Source: Arcobacter sp. (GTDB taxonomy: Bacteria; Campylobacterota; Campylobacteria; Campylobacterales; Arcobacteraceae). Taken from it: 57,588 nucleotides of DNA. Numbering within the stretch: position 1 is the first letter of the stretch; each line of letters begins with the position of its first letter. Location: contig CBFIGT010000003.1 of assembly GCA_965662175.1 (NCBI GenBank), positions 1-57,588 on the forward strand. The letters run 5' to 3'. The notes under the pieces were generated by a model that made no database searches, had not been told where the DNA came from, and saw only the letters and a program-made list of their open reading frames with translations. The position numbers and the translations under genes were made by a program. Below are positions 34,535 through 44,604 of the stretch, one piece after another.

Positions 34535-35440
34535 TTAAATTTCTTCGTTTAATAGTTTTTCTAAATCAATTCCATTATTTGGATTGTTTTTTCTTATAAA
34601 TTGAGTTCCAATTCCATCACTTGTAAAAAGCTCAAGTAAAATAGAGTGCTCAACTCTACCATCTATTATGTGCGCTTTATTTACACCATTATAAATAGCA
34701 TCAATACATGAATCAACTTTAGGAATCATTCCACCCTCAATTGTTCCATTGTTTTTATAAAATTCAACATCCTCTTTATCTAAAGAGTTTAATAAATTTT
34801 TTTCTTTATCTAAAACACCAACAGTATCTGTTAAAAATAGAACTTTTTGAGCACCAACAGCAATTGCAACTTTAGATGCAGCAACATCTGCATTGATGTT
34901 AAATCCAGGATGTCCTGGCTCTTTTGAATCAGCTATTGGAGCAATTACAGGAATAAATCCCTCTTTGATTAAGTTTTTAATCATTTGTCCATTTATCTCA
35001 GTTATTACACCCGTATAACCAAACTTCCCATTATCTTTTGGAATAGCATTTATAATAGATGAATCTTTACCCGAAATTCCAATAGCTTTTGCACCATGAT
35101 GATTTAGTAGTGAAGTGATATTTTTGTTAATTTCACCACTTAAAACCATCTCAACAACTCTCATTGTATCCTTTGATGTAACTCTATGACCATCAATAAA
35201 TTCAGAATGAATCTCAAGTTTTGTTAATAACTCAGAAATTCTAGCTCCTCCTCCATGAACAATAACAGGCTTAATACCAACTAAAGAAAGCAGTGCAATA
35301 TCTTGTGCAAATTTTTCTTGAAGTTCAGGAGATGTTTGTGCACTTCCACCATATTTAATAACAATAATTTTTCCATTAAACTTTTTGATGTATGGAATAG
35401 CATCAAGTAGTGTTTCCACAGCTTTATGTTTTTTTTGCAT
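34535..35440 (-). CDS. argB: Acetylglutamate kinase
   Basis: IKYGG, VHGGG, NINAD and GGMIPK motifs. Confidence 0.96.
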   Translation of the reverse strand: MQKKHKAVETLLDAIPYIKKFNGKIIVIKYGGSAQTSPELQEKFAQDIALLSLVGIKPVIVHGGGARISELLTKLEIHSEFIDGHRVTSKDTMRVVEMVLSGEINKNITSLLNHHGAKAIGISGKDSSIINAIPKDNGKFGYTGVITEINGQMIKNLIKEGFIPVIAPIADSKEPGHPGFNINADVAASKVAIAVGAQKVLFLTDTVGVLDKEKNLLNSLDKEDVEFYKNNGTIEGGMIPKVDSCIDAIYNGVNKAHIIDGRVEHSILLELFTSDGIGTQFIRKNNPNNGIDLEKLLNEEI

Positions 35441-35537
35441 AATTTTAAAAACCTTGTTTGAAAAGTGCGCAATTATACTATAAATTTACTTTTGCTTATA
35501 TAATGCACTTTTTGGTAATTTTTATGTATCATTTTTT

Positions 35538-38273
35538 ATGAAAAAATTTTTAGCATTAAAAGCTAGTGCGGGAAGTGGTAAAACCTTTGCACTAACTGTA
35601 AGATATATATCATTGTTACTAAAAGGTGCGACTCCTAGTTCTATTTTAGCTTTAACATTTACAAATAAAGCAGCAAATGAAATGGGTGAGAGGGTTTTTA
35701 AAACCCTAAATAATCTAGGCAATGATGAGATTTATTTAAATGAAATATCCAAACTAAGTGGATTTTCAAAAGATGAGATATTAAATAGAAAAACATTATT
35801 AGTAGATATTTACTTAAATAGTGAACTCTCAATTTATACAATAGATAAATTTGTAAATAAGATTTTAAGAGAGTTTTGTGGATATATTGGTGTTAGTGAT
35901 GATTTTGCAATACAAGAAGATGATATTGAAAATCTATCTTATAAATTTTTACAATCACTAAATTTGGAGCAGTTTGAAAAACTAATTGATTTTTCATATT
36001 ATGAATCTAAAAAGTTTAATTCAATATTTGAATTATTTAAAATATTAATTGAAAAAAATGAAAAAATAGAGACTATAGATATTGATTTAAAATTAATCTC
36101 TTTACAAAAAGAGTTAGCATTAAATATTGCTTTTAAACTAAAAGAGCATATCTTAAATTGTCCACAAGCCTCAGATAGTGCAAAAAAAGCTGTAGATTTT
36201 GAGAGTTTTGATGAACTTTTAAATAAAGGAAAAACTTGGCTAACAAAAGATTTTTCAAGTGATTCTAGGGATTTTAAAAAGTGTTCAAATGAGTATTTTG
36301 AAGAGAACTTTCAAAAACTAAAAGTTGAAATTACAAACTATTATAAGCTAAGGTCAGCATACTCTTTAAGCTCATTATATGAACTTTATACTCTTTTTAG
36401 GGATTTTAAAAAAGGGTATAACAAAAATAAAAACTACTTTACTTTTACTGATATTTCTAATTTTGTATATGAACTATTAAGTTCAAAAATTGATAAAGAG
36501 TTTTTATATTTTAGATTAGATAGCAAATATAATCATATTTTGATTGATGAGTTTCAAGATACCTCCCTTTTACAATTTAATATTTTAAAACCATTAATTG
36601 AAGAGGTGATTTCAGGTTCACAAGAGAGTTTTAAAACATTTTTTTATGTTGGTGATACAAAACAATCTATTTATAGATTTAGAGGTGGAAAAAGAGAACT
36701 TTTTGATTATGTAAGTTCTAAATATAATCAAATTGAAGTTGAACCTTTAAACACAAATTATAGAAGTTCAAAAAATATAGTTGAGTTTGTAAATAGTTCA
36801 TTTTCTTCATTAGCAAATTATGAGTATTTTAATCAACAAAGTATTATCGAAAATGGTTATGTAGAGATAATTAATGATGAACAATTAAAAGAAGAAGAAA
36901 AATATAAAACAGTATCTAGTAAAATAGCTGAGTTATTAAGAGAGGGAATTGACCCTAACTCTATTGCTGTTTTAACATATACAAATGATGATGTTTTATC
37001 TCTTTACTCATATCTAAGTTCAGTTTTTACAAGCTTAAAAATATCAACTGAAATGACCTCAAAACTTATAAATCAAGAGAATGTAAAAGCTTGTATAAAT
37101 GCACTAAAATATCTATATTATGGTGAAAAGATATATAAAGAGAATTTAAATGCAATACTTGGCTTAGCCCCTAATACAGAACAGATTTTCTCTTTTGATT
37201 TAAATGAAAATAGGGTTGATGAACTTATTTTATTACTTGGAAAATATTTTAATATTTTAGATGATAATGTAATAAAATTCATAGAAGTTTCATCTAAATA
37301 TAGTGATATTGTTGATTTTATTTATGAAGTTGATAAGCTAGAAACACCAATTGAGAATAAAGAACAAACAGGATTGCAAATACTTACAATCTTTAAATCA
37401 AAGGGTTTAGAGTTTGATACTGTAATTTTACTTGATAGAATAAAAAATAAAAACCACGATAAGAGTTCACTTCTTTTTGAGTATGATGGGGTTAATTTAA
37501 ATAAACTATATTACAAAATATCAAAATTAGAAAATTATGATGAAAATTATAAAAATGCATTAGAAAAAGAGAAAAGACTTCAATATGAAGATGAAATAAA
37601 TATTTTATATGTGGCAATGACTAGGGCAAAAAGTAATCTTTTTATCTTTAAAAAGGGTGAAAAATCTGTTTTTGATATTCTTAATTTAAAAACCTGCACA
37701 ATTGGTTCTTTGCTTATCAATAGTTTTAATAAAAAAGATAGTGAAAAAGTATCAAAAATAGTCTATAAAGCTATGAATTTAGGTAGACAAAATAGTAAGG
37801 CTACTTATGAATTAGATGATGAAATATCATTAAAATCAAGATATTTTGGAATTGCTACACACTACTGTTTGGAGATGATGAATAGCTTTGATTATAAAAG
37901 TTTAGAGTACTCTTTGAGTCTAAGTTATAGTAGATATGCTTCTTATTTGGATGAAGAGGATTTTATGGAGATTAAAAAAAGATTAATAAATTTGATTGAA
38001 AATAGTGAGTTTATTAATTTAGTAAGAAACTCAAAACTATATACAGAACAATCTTTAATCTATAATGGGGAATTAAAAATTTTAGATTTGCTAATAGAGA
38101 AAGAGGGTAGATTTTATATTTTTGATTATAAAACTACAAATAATGAAAGTAGTGAGCATATAAAGCAGATTAATTTTTATAAAGAGGCTATTAAAACAAT
38201 ATTTTCAACAAAAGAAGTTTACTCATATTTAATCTATTTGCAAGAGAGTAGGGTATATTTAAAAGCTGTCTAA
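35538..38273 (+). CDS. addA: RecB/AddA-like helicase-nuclease
   Basis: ASAGSGKT, LTFTNKAA, DEFQD, KQSIYRFRG, YVAMTRA and C-terminal LD..FDYKT motifs. Confidence 0.9.
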   Translation: MKKFLALKASAGSGKTFALTVRYISLLLKGATPSSILALTFTNKAANEMGERVFKTLNNLGNDEIYLNEISKLSGFSKDEILNRKTLLVDIYLNSELSIYTIDKFVNKILREFCGYIGVSDDFAIQEDDIENLSYKFLQSLNLEQFEKLIDFSYYESKKFNSIFELFKILIEKNEKIETIDIDLKLISLQKELALNIAFKLKEHILNCPQASDSAKKAVDFESFDELLNKGKTWLTKDFSSDSRDFKKCSNEYFEENFQKLKVEITNYYKLRSAYSLSSLYELYTLFRDFKKGYNKNKNYFTFTDISNFVYELLSSKIDKEFLYFRLDSKYNHILIDEFQDTSLLQFNILKPLIEEVISGSQESFKTFFYVGDTKQSIYRFRGGKRELFDYVSSKYNQIEVEPLNTNYRSSKNIVEFVNSSFSSLANYEYFNQQSIIENGYVEIINDEQLKEEEKYKTVSSKIAELLREGIDPNSIAVLTYTNDDVLSLYSYLSSVFTSLKISTEMTSKLINQENVKACINALKYLYYGEKIYKENLNAILGLAPNTEQIFSFDLNENRVDELILLLGKYFNILDDNVIKFIEVSSKYSDIVDFIYEVDKLETPIENKEQTGLQILTIFKSKGLEFDTVILLDRIKNKNHDKSSLLFEYDGVNLNKLYYKISKLENYDENYKNALEKEKRLQYEDEINILYVAMTRAKSNLFIFKKGEKSVFDILNLKTCTIGSLLINSFNKKDSEKVSKIVYKAMNLGRQNSKATYELDDEISLKSRYFGIATHYCLEMMNSFDYKSLEYSLSLSYSRYASYLDEEDFMEIKKRLINLIENSEFINLVRNSKLYTEQSLIYNGELKILDLLIEKEGRFYIFDYKTTNNESSEHIKQINFYKEAIKTIFSTKEVYSYLIYLQESRVYLKAV

Positions 38274-38830
38274 ATAAAATATCTTATTGAAGCAAAACCA
38301 TAAATATCCAAACTCTTTATTTTTTTAATTTGCTCTTGATTAACTATTCCCCCAAGAGCAATTATCTTTATATCATACTTTTTACTTATCTTTTTTACTT
38401 CCTCAAGGCCTTTAGCTTCTCCTTTATTTGGAGTGTAAAAAATTGGAGAGTAAGTTATTGCATCTGAGCTGTTTTTTATAGCAAGTTCAATCTCTTTTTC
38501 ATTATGACAAGAGATTATTGTAAAAAGATTTGCTTCTTTTGCCTCTTTGATTTTTTCAAACTGTGTTGAGGTAAGATGAATTCCGCACTTTAATTTTTTT
38601 GCTAACTCTAAATTTTCATTTAAAAGAATTTTTTTAATATTAAATTTTTTACAAGTTTTTATAAAAACATTTGCCAACTCTTCATAGTTTTGTGAGCTTT
38701 TATCTCTAAAACAAGCCATATCAACTCTTTTTGAGCCTAAGACTTCATTTAGTTTTTTTTCAAATAGTTTTGTATCATTTGTATAGTAGTCTGGGTCAGT
38801 TATTAAATAGTAGTTAAACTCTTTTTCCAT
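38270..38830 (-). CDS. Thiamine-phosphate synthase/TenI family protein
   Basis: YLITD, SCH, SPIFYTPNK and ALGGI motifs. Confidence 0.8.
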   Translation of the reverse strand: MEKEFNYYLITDPDYYTNDTKLFEKKLNEVLGSKRVDMACFRDKSSQNYEELANVFIKTCKKFNIKKILLNENLELAKKLKCGIHLTSTQFEKIKEAKEANLFTIISCHNEKEIELAIKNSSDAITYSPIFYTPNKGEAKGLEEVKKISKKYDIKIIALGGIVNQEQIKKIKSLDIYGFASIRYFI

Positions 38831-38850
38831 TTTATCTCATTTTAGGGTAT

Positions 38851-38886
38851 AAAAAAAGGGGAAGACTAGAAGTCTTCCCCTTTTTT
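38851..38886 (-). terminator. Rho-independent terminator of atpB (potentially bidirectional)
   Basis: AAAAAAAGGGGAAGACT-AGA-AGTCTTCCCCTTTTTT. Confidence 0.9.
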
Positions 38887-38951
38887 AAAACTAAAGTCTA
38901 ATTTGACTGTTTGTGGTGATTATTTGGATACCATAACAATCATTTAGATTC

Positions 38952-39641
38952 TTAGTGGTGATCCTCTTCAGCCATCATAACTGAACCTGCAATATATACA
39001 TATGTTAAGATAGAGAAAATAAATGCTTGTAATACACCAAATGCTGTTAATAAGAAGAAACCTGGTAATGGTAATAACCAAGGAACTAACATTAAAAGTA
39101 CCATTAAGAACATATCATCCCCTCTAATTGAACCGAAAAGTCTGAATGATAATGAAATAATTCTTGAAATATGAGAAATAATTTCAATTGGGAACATTAA
39201 TGGTGCAAGTATAGGCATTGGTCCCATAAAGTGCTTAAAGTAGTTGATAAAACCATTTAATTTAATACCAACATAGTTGTAGTAAATAAATACGATTAAT
39301 GCTAAACTTAAAGTAAAGTTGATATTACTTGTAGGAGCTTCAAATCCTGGAATAACTCCAATCATGTTACTTACGAAAATTACTAATGCTAATGTACCAA
39401 TTAATGGTAAATAAGTTCTAGCATTTTTCTCACCCATTGTGTCAGCACCCATTGCTATAACACCAGCAATAAATGCTTCTAAAGCATTTTGCATACCAGT
39501 TGGAACTAGTTGCATTTTAGTTGTAGCAGCTCTTGCTAATAAAAAAACAATCGCAATTGTTAAAATAAAGTGCGATAAAATAATCCACTCTTGGCCGTGT
39601 CCACCGATTGCACCTAAGAATGTAAATAATCTTCCTTCCAT
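38952..39641 (-). CDS. atpB: F0F1 ATP synthase subunit a
   Basis: PTSNIN, SLSFRLFG and LQAFIF motifs. Confidence 0.96.
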   Translation of the reverse strand: MEGRLFTFLGAIGGHGQEWIILSHFILTIAIVFLLARAATTKMQLVPTGMQNALEAFIAGVIAMGADTMGEKNARTYLPLIGTLALVIFVSNMIGVIPGFEAPTSNINFTLSLALIVFIYYNYVGIKLNGFINYFKHFMGPMPILAPLMFPIEIISHISRIISLSFRLFGSIRGDDMFLMVLLMLVPWLLPLPGFFLLTAFGVLQAFIFSILTYVYIAGSVMMAEEDHH

Positions 39642-39732
39642 TTTTGTCCTTCTTTTTCTTTTTTCTTCTGTTGACTATGAGATGAATTATATTATTAAGT
39701 TTCTAAATTTTTTATAAATGTAACAAAAAAAA

Positions 39733-40938
39733 TTAGATTTGTTTAAATCTGTAACCATTTTGTTTCAAATTTTCACGTATTTCTTTTTGATGTGCTTCAC
39801 CTTTTGTCTCCAAAGAGATAGTTACATGCGCTTCACCAAACTCAAGCTTTACAGAATTTCTATCATAATCTATTTGAACTATATTAGCAGAACAATTTCT
39901 AAATGTTTCTGTTAAGTGCATAAGTGAACCTGGTTTATCTATAAGTGTTACAATTAAGTTCATTTTTCTATATGATTTAACTAAACCTTTTTCAATAATT
40001 AAAGATAGCATTGTAACATCAATATTACCTCCACATACAATTGAACAAACCTTTTCATCTTCAACATCAACTTTTCTATGCATAATTGCAGCAGTTGCAA
40101 TAGCTCCAGCTCCCTCAACTACAAGTTTGTGTTTTTCAAGTAAAAATAAAATAGCATTTGCAATCTCATTATCTGTAACTTCAACAACTTCATCCACATA
40201 CTCTAATATAATATCAAGTAGTTTTGGAGTTACATCACGAACAGCAATTCCATCAGCGATTGTTTTTACATAATCAGAATCAATTGGCATTCTAGAATCA
40301 AAAGATTCTTTCATTCCTCTAGCTCCTTTTGCAACAACCCCTGTAATTTTTATTTTTGGATTTAAAGTTTTAGCAGCAATTGCAATTCCTGAAATTAATC
40401 CACCGCCACCAATTGGTACAACTATATGCTCAATATCATCAATTTTTTCAAGTATTTCTAATGCCATAGTACCTTGACCTGCTATAACATGGTCATCAGC
40501 AAAGGGGTGAATAAACTCTTTATTTTCATCATCAGCAAATTTTGTTGCAGCTTCATAAGCTTCATCAAAATTTTCACCATGTAGTATTACATTAGCGCCA
40601 TAAGATTTTACACCACTTACTTTTGTTAAAGGAGTAGCTTCAGGCATAAAAATAGTTGCAACACATGAAAAATGTTGAGCTGCAAAGGCTAAACCTTGTG
40701 CATGGTTTCCAGCACTAGCTGCCACAACTCCATTTTTTCTTCTTTTTTCATCCATTGAAGCTAGTTTATTAAAAGCACCTCTTATTTTGAAACTTCCTGT
40801 TAATTGTAGATTGTCCTCTTTTAAATAAATTTGAGCATTTAATTCTTTACTTAAAATTGGAGCATATGCAAGTGGAGTTTGTAAAATAATACCTTCTAAA
40901 TTTACTTTTGCTTCTTTTATATCTTTTAATGTTATCAT
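39733..40938 (-). CDS. ilvA: Threonine ammonia-lyase (single ACT type)
   Basis: GSFKIRGA, SAGNHAQG, PIGGGGL and DKPGSL motifs. Confidence 0.93.
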   Translation of the reverse strand: MITLKDIKEAKVNLEGIILQTPLAYAPILSKELNAQIYLKEDNLQLTGSFKIRGAFNKLASMDEKRRKNGVVAASAGNHAQGLAFAAQHFSCVATIFMPEATPLTKVSGVKSYGANVILHGENFDEAYEAATKFADDENKEFIHPFADDHVIAGQGTMALEILEKIDDIEHIVVPIGGGGLISGIAIAAKTLNPKIKITGVVAKGARGMKESFDSRMPIDSDYVKTIADGIAVRDVTPKLLDIILEYVDEVVEVTDNEIANAILFLLEKHKLVVEGAGAIATAAIMHRKVDVEDEKVCSIVCGGNIDVTMLSLIIEKGLVKSYRKMNLIVTLIDKPGSLMHLTETFRNCSANIVQIDYDRNSVKLEFGEAHVTISLETKGEAHQKEIRENLKQNGYRFKQI

Positions 40939-41003
40939 TTTATACTTCTTCCGTTGATTTTAAGACGTGATAATATCTAAAAAACAATTAAAGGCTAAAA
41001 AGT

Positions 41004-41681
41004 TTGAAATTTACATTTGTTACACTTTTCCCAAATTTAATAGAACCATACTTTTATGATTCAATACTCAAGCGTGCAATTGATGCTAATTTTATCTCAT
41101 ATGAGTTTTATAATCCAAGGGATTTTACAAGTAATAAACATCAAAAAGTTGATAAACAAATGATTAGTGGAGGAGCTGGAATGCTTATGACTTGTCAACC
41201 ACTATTTGATTGTTTAGATGAGATAAAAAGTAAAAATCCTGATGCTTATATTATATTTCCATTAGCAGCTGCTAAACCTTTTAATCAAAAAGATGCTAAG
41301 CGATTAGCAAAGAAAAAAAACATAGTAATAGTAAGTGGAAGATATGAGGGAATTGATGAAAGAGTTATTGAAAAATATGCAAATGAGGTCTTTTCTATTG
41401 GAGAATATATATTAACAGGTGGAGAATTACCCTCATTAGTAATGGCAGATGCAATTTCTAGAAATGTTGAGGGAGTCCTTGGAAATACCGATTCTTTGGT
41501 AGTTGAGAGCTATGAAAACAATCTTTTAGAAGCACCATCTTTTGCAAAACCTGAAATTTTCCAAAATTTAAGTGTTGTTAAAGAATTCTTAAAGGGTAAT
41601 CATAGTAAAATTTCCGACTTAAAATTCCAGATGTCGATTTGCAAAACGAGATATTACAGACCTAATAAGGAAAAACGATGA
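41004..41681 (+). CDS. trmD: tRNA (guanine-N1)-methyltransferase
   Basis: [24 protein letters not shown] and GNH motifs. Confidence 0.96.
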   Translation: MKFTFVTLFPNLIEPYFYDSILKRAIDANFISYEFYNPRDFTSNKHQKVDKQMISGGAGMLMTCQPLFDCLDEIKSKNPDAYIIFPLAAAKPFNQKDAKRLAKKKNIVIVSGRYEGIDERVIEKYANEVFSIGEYILTGGELPSLVMADAISRNVEGVLGNTDSLVVESYENNLLEAPSFAKPEIFQNLSVVKEFLKGNHSKISDLKFQMSICKTRYYRPNKEKR

Positions 41682-42034
41682 AAAACAGATATATAGCTAG
41701 CTTTGAAGCTGCACAAATAGAGTCAAAAGAGATCCCACAATTTAGAGCGGGTGATACTGTTAGACTTGGTATTGAGATTAAAGAGGGTGACAAGAAGAGA
41801 GTTCAAACTTTCGAAGGTATTGTTATTGCTAGAAGTGCTGAGGGTGTTAGTGCAACATTCACAGTTAGAAAAATCGGAGCAAACTCTATTGGTGTTGAAA
41901 GAATATTCCCATTATATTCTGATTCAATTAAATCTTTTGAGGTATTAAGAAGAGGTAGAGTAAGAAGAGCTAAACTTCACTTCCTAAGAGGATTAACAGG
42001 TAAAAAAGCTAGAATTAAAGAGCTTAAAAAGTAA
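41678..42034 (+). CDS. rplS: 50S ribosomal protein L19
   Basis: FRAGDTV, GVERIFP and RVRRAKL motifs. Confidence 0.98.
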   Translation: MKNRYIASFEAAQIESKEIPQFRAGDTVRLGIEIKEGDKKRVQTFEGIVIARSAEGVSATFTVRKIGANSIGVERIFPLYSDSIKSFEVLRRGRVRRAKLHFLRGLTGKKARIKELKK

Positions 42035-42042
42035 TTCTAAAT

Positions 42043-42064
42043 ATCAGAAGCAAAAGCTTCTGAT
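42043..42064 (+). terminator. Hairpin after rplS (weak terminator or mRNA stabiliser)
   Basis: ATCAGAAGC-AAAA-GCTTCTGAT with no U-tract. Confidence 0.55.
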
Positions 42065-42073
42065 TAGCTTAAT

Positions 42074-42598
42074 ATGCTAACACAAAAAACACTAATCCAT
42101 TGTGCTTTACAAGCTGAAGCCCAATACTTAATAAACTACTACAAACTTAATCAAGATAACTCTGTCCAAAAATTTAAACTATTTTCCAATGAAGAAACTA
42201 TTTTAATTGTATCAGGAATGGGTAAAGAGAATACAAAAAATGCATTACACTATATTTTTGAAAATTATGAAATAAAAAAAGCCATAAATATTGGAATTGC
42301 AGGGTGTTGTGATAGTTCTATAAAAATAGGAACTCTTTTTTGTACAAATAGATTATTAAAAAATATTAATTTTGCTTCTATTACATGTGTAGAAAAACCC
42401 CTTGATAGTGATGAAGATTTAGAGACTCTTTTAGTTGATATGGAGAGTTCTCACTTTAAAGGAGTTTGTTCAAAATTTGTAAAAGATATTTACATTTTTA
42501 AAGTTGTTTCTGATTATTTAGATACTACAATCCCAAAAAAATCATTTGTTATTGATTTAATACAAAAAAGTTTTAATGATTGGAAAAAATATATATGA
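42074..42598 (+). CDS. Short nucleoside phosphorylase/nucleosidase-fold protein (PNP_UDP_1-like)
   Basis: ALQAEA, SGMGK, INIGIAG, VDMES and KVVSD motifs. Confidence 0.8.
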   Translation: MLTQKTLIHCALQAEAQYLINYYKLNQDNSVQKFKLFSNEETILIVSGMGKENTKNALHYIFENYEIKKAINIGIAGCCDSSIKIGTLFCTNRLLKNINFASITCVEKPLDSDEDLETLLVDMESSHFKGVCSKFVKDIYIFKVVSDYLDTTIPKKSFVIDLIQKSFNDWKKYI

Positions 42599-43836
42599 AC
42601 ATAGATAAGTTTAAAGAGCATATTTCTAAAACAAATTTTAATAATTTAAAAGAGAAAAATCAAAAATTTATAGAAAAAATCTACTTAGAGTATAAATTCT
42701 CATATCAAGAGTTAAAACAGCTTATTGATTTTGCTATTGATTTTAATATGTGGAATGAAAAAGAGTTATATGAAGTTTTTGAAAAAGAGTATAACTCAAG
42801 AAAAGAGGCTTTTAAGCATATTAGAGATATTTGGAATAGTTTAAAACAAAAAGCAAATAGTTATACTAATTTTGATGAAAAAGCTTATGAAAAACCAAGA
42901 CGATTCTCTTTTACTGAAATCAAAAATGATAAAGTAGGCTTAGGTTCTTGTCCTGTTGCAAGTCCTAATACTAGATGTTGTAACTTGCTCACTTTAGATG
43001 CAGTTCAATCATGTGGTTTTGATTGTTCATACTGCTCTATTCAAAGTTTTTATAATCAAGATAAAATAGGTTTTGATGTAAATTTTAAAGAGAATCTAAA
43101 AAACTTAGAGCTTGATCCAAACTATATTTATCATATAGGAACAGGACAGAGTTCTGATTCACTTATGTGGGGAAATAAAGATGGACTTTTAGACGCACTT
43201 TTTGATTTTGCAAGGAATAATCAAAATGTAATTTTAGAGTTTAAAACAAAATCAAACAATATAAAATATTTTTTAGAAAATGAAGTTCCAAAAAATATAA
43301 TTTGTACTTGGTCTTTAAATACCCAAACAATTATTGATAATGAAGAGCATTTAACAGCTTCATTAAATCAAAGAGTTGAAGCAGCACAAAAATTGGCACA
43401 AAAAGGTGTAGTTGTAGGATTTCACTTTCATCCAATAGTTCATTATGAAAACTATCTTGATGAGTATAAAGAGGTTTTTGATAGATTAATAAATGAGTTT
43501 AATCCAGATGATGTAGCTTTAGTCTCTTTTGGAACATTAACTTTTATAAAACCTGTTATAAATAAAATAAAAAGTAGAGATTTTAAATCAAAGATTTTAC
43601 AAATGCCCTTTGAAGAGATAAATAAAAAACAATCATATCCATATGAGATAAAAAAAGAGATGTTTAAATTCGCCTATGATTCTTTTAAAGCTTGGCACAA
43701 TAAGGTATACTTCTATTTATGTATGGAAGATCATAAACTTTGGAAAGATTGTTTTGGATACGAGTACTCAAGTAATAATCAAATGGAAGAGATGATGAAG
43801 ATGTCATACTTAAGTAAAATCGATAAAAGAAGATAA
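42595..43836 (+). CDS. Spore photoproduct lyase-like radical SAM protein
   Basis: CGFDCSYC motif; SD, FKTK, WSLN, E..TASL..R and GFHFHPI match the SplB fold; ATGA overlap with the upstream gene. Confidence 0.85.
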   Translation: MNIDKFKEHISKTNFNNLKEKNQKFIEKIYLEYKFSYQELKQLIDFAIDFNMWNEKELYEVFEKEYNSRKEAFKHIRDIWNSLKQKANSYTNFDEKAYEKPRRFSFTEIKNDKVGLGSCPVASPNTRCCNLLTLDAVQSCGFDCSYCSIQSFYNQDKIGFDVNFKENLKNLELDPNYIYHIGTGQSSDSLMWGNKDGLLDALFDFARNNQNVILEFKTKSNNIKYFLENEVPKNIICTWSLNTQTIIDNEEHLTASLNQRVEAAQKLAQKGVVVGFHFHPIVHYENYLDEYKEVFDRLINEFNPDDVALVSFGTLTFIKPVINKIKSRDFKSKILQMPFEEINKKQSYPYEIKKEMFKFAYDSFKAWHNKVYFYLCMEDHKLWKDCFGYEYSSNNQMEEMMKMSYLSKIDKRR

Positions 43837-44604
43837 ATGAGCGTATTGGAAATTAAAAACTTATCTTTTTCATATGATAAATTAAATGTCTTAGAGGATA
43901 TAAATTTATCTATAAATGAAAGAGATTTTTTAGCAATAATAGGACCTAATGGTGGTGGTAAATCTACACTTTTAAAAGCTATATTAGGATTAGTAAAAAT
44001 AAAAAAAGGCTCAATAAATATACTTGGTTTAAAAGCTGCGAACTCTTTATCAAGTATTGGTTATGTTCCTCAAAATACAAATGTAAATATTAATTTCCCA
44101 ATAAAAGTAATTGAAGTTGTTATGATGGGTCATGTTGGTCATAAGCGTCCTTTGATTGGTTATAGAAAAGAGGAAATTGCTTGTGCTATGGGTGCTTTAG
44201 AGCAAGTTGGTATGGCTAAATTTGCTAATGAAAAGATTGGTTCACTTTCAGGTGGTCAAAGACAAAGAGTGATGATAGCACGTGCTTTATGTGCACATCC
44301 AAAAATTTTACTTTTAGATGAGCCAACTGCAAGTATAGATGTGGATGGTCAAAAACAGATTTATGATTTATTAAAACTATTAAACAAAACAATTACTATA
44401 ATTGTTGTTAGTCACGATATTTCAGTTATTTTAGGTTATGCCTCAAAGGTTGCACATATAAATAAAAAGCTTACTTTTCATGATATTTCAGATAAACAAA
44501 GCTCTCTTCCTACAAATGAAACACACTTTTGTGAGGTTGAGATGCTTGAACTTTTGGGTACAAAGATTGATAAAGTACATGCAAGTGAGAGTTGTAAATG
44601 TTAG
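43837..44604 (+). CDS. znuC: Zn/Mn ABC transporter ATPase (ZnuC-like)
   Basis: GPNGGGKST, GYVPQ, LSGGQRQR and LDEP motifs. Confidence 0.85.
   Translation: MSVLEIKNLSFSYDKLNVLEDINLSINERDFLAIIGPNGGGKSTLLKAILGLVKIKKGSINILGLKAANSLSSIGYVPQNTNVNINFPIKVIEVVMMGHVGHKRPLIGYRKEEIACAMGALEQVGMAKFANEKIGSLSGGQRQRVMIARALCAHPKILLLDEPTASIDVDGQKQIYDLLKLLNKTITIIVVSHDISVILGYASKVAHINKKLTFHDISDKQSSLPTNETHFCEVEMLELLGTKIDKVHASESCKC

Noticed and set aside
38952..39641. atpB separated from the atp operon
   Set aside because: Known normal arrangement in Campylobacterota.
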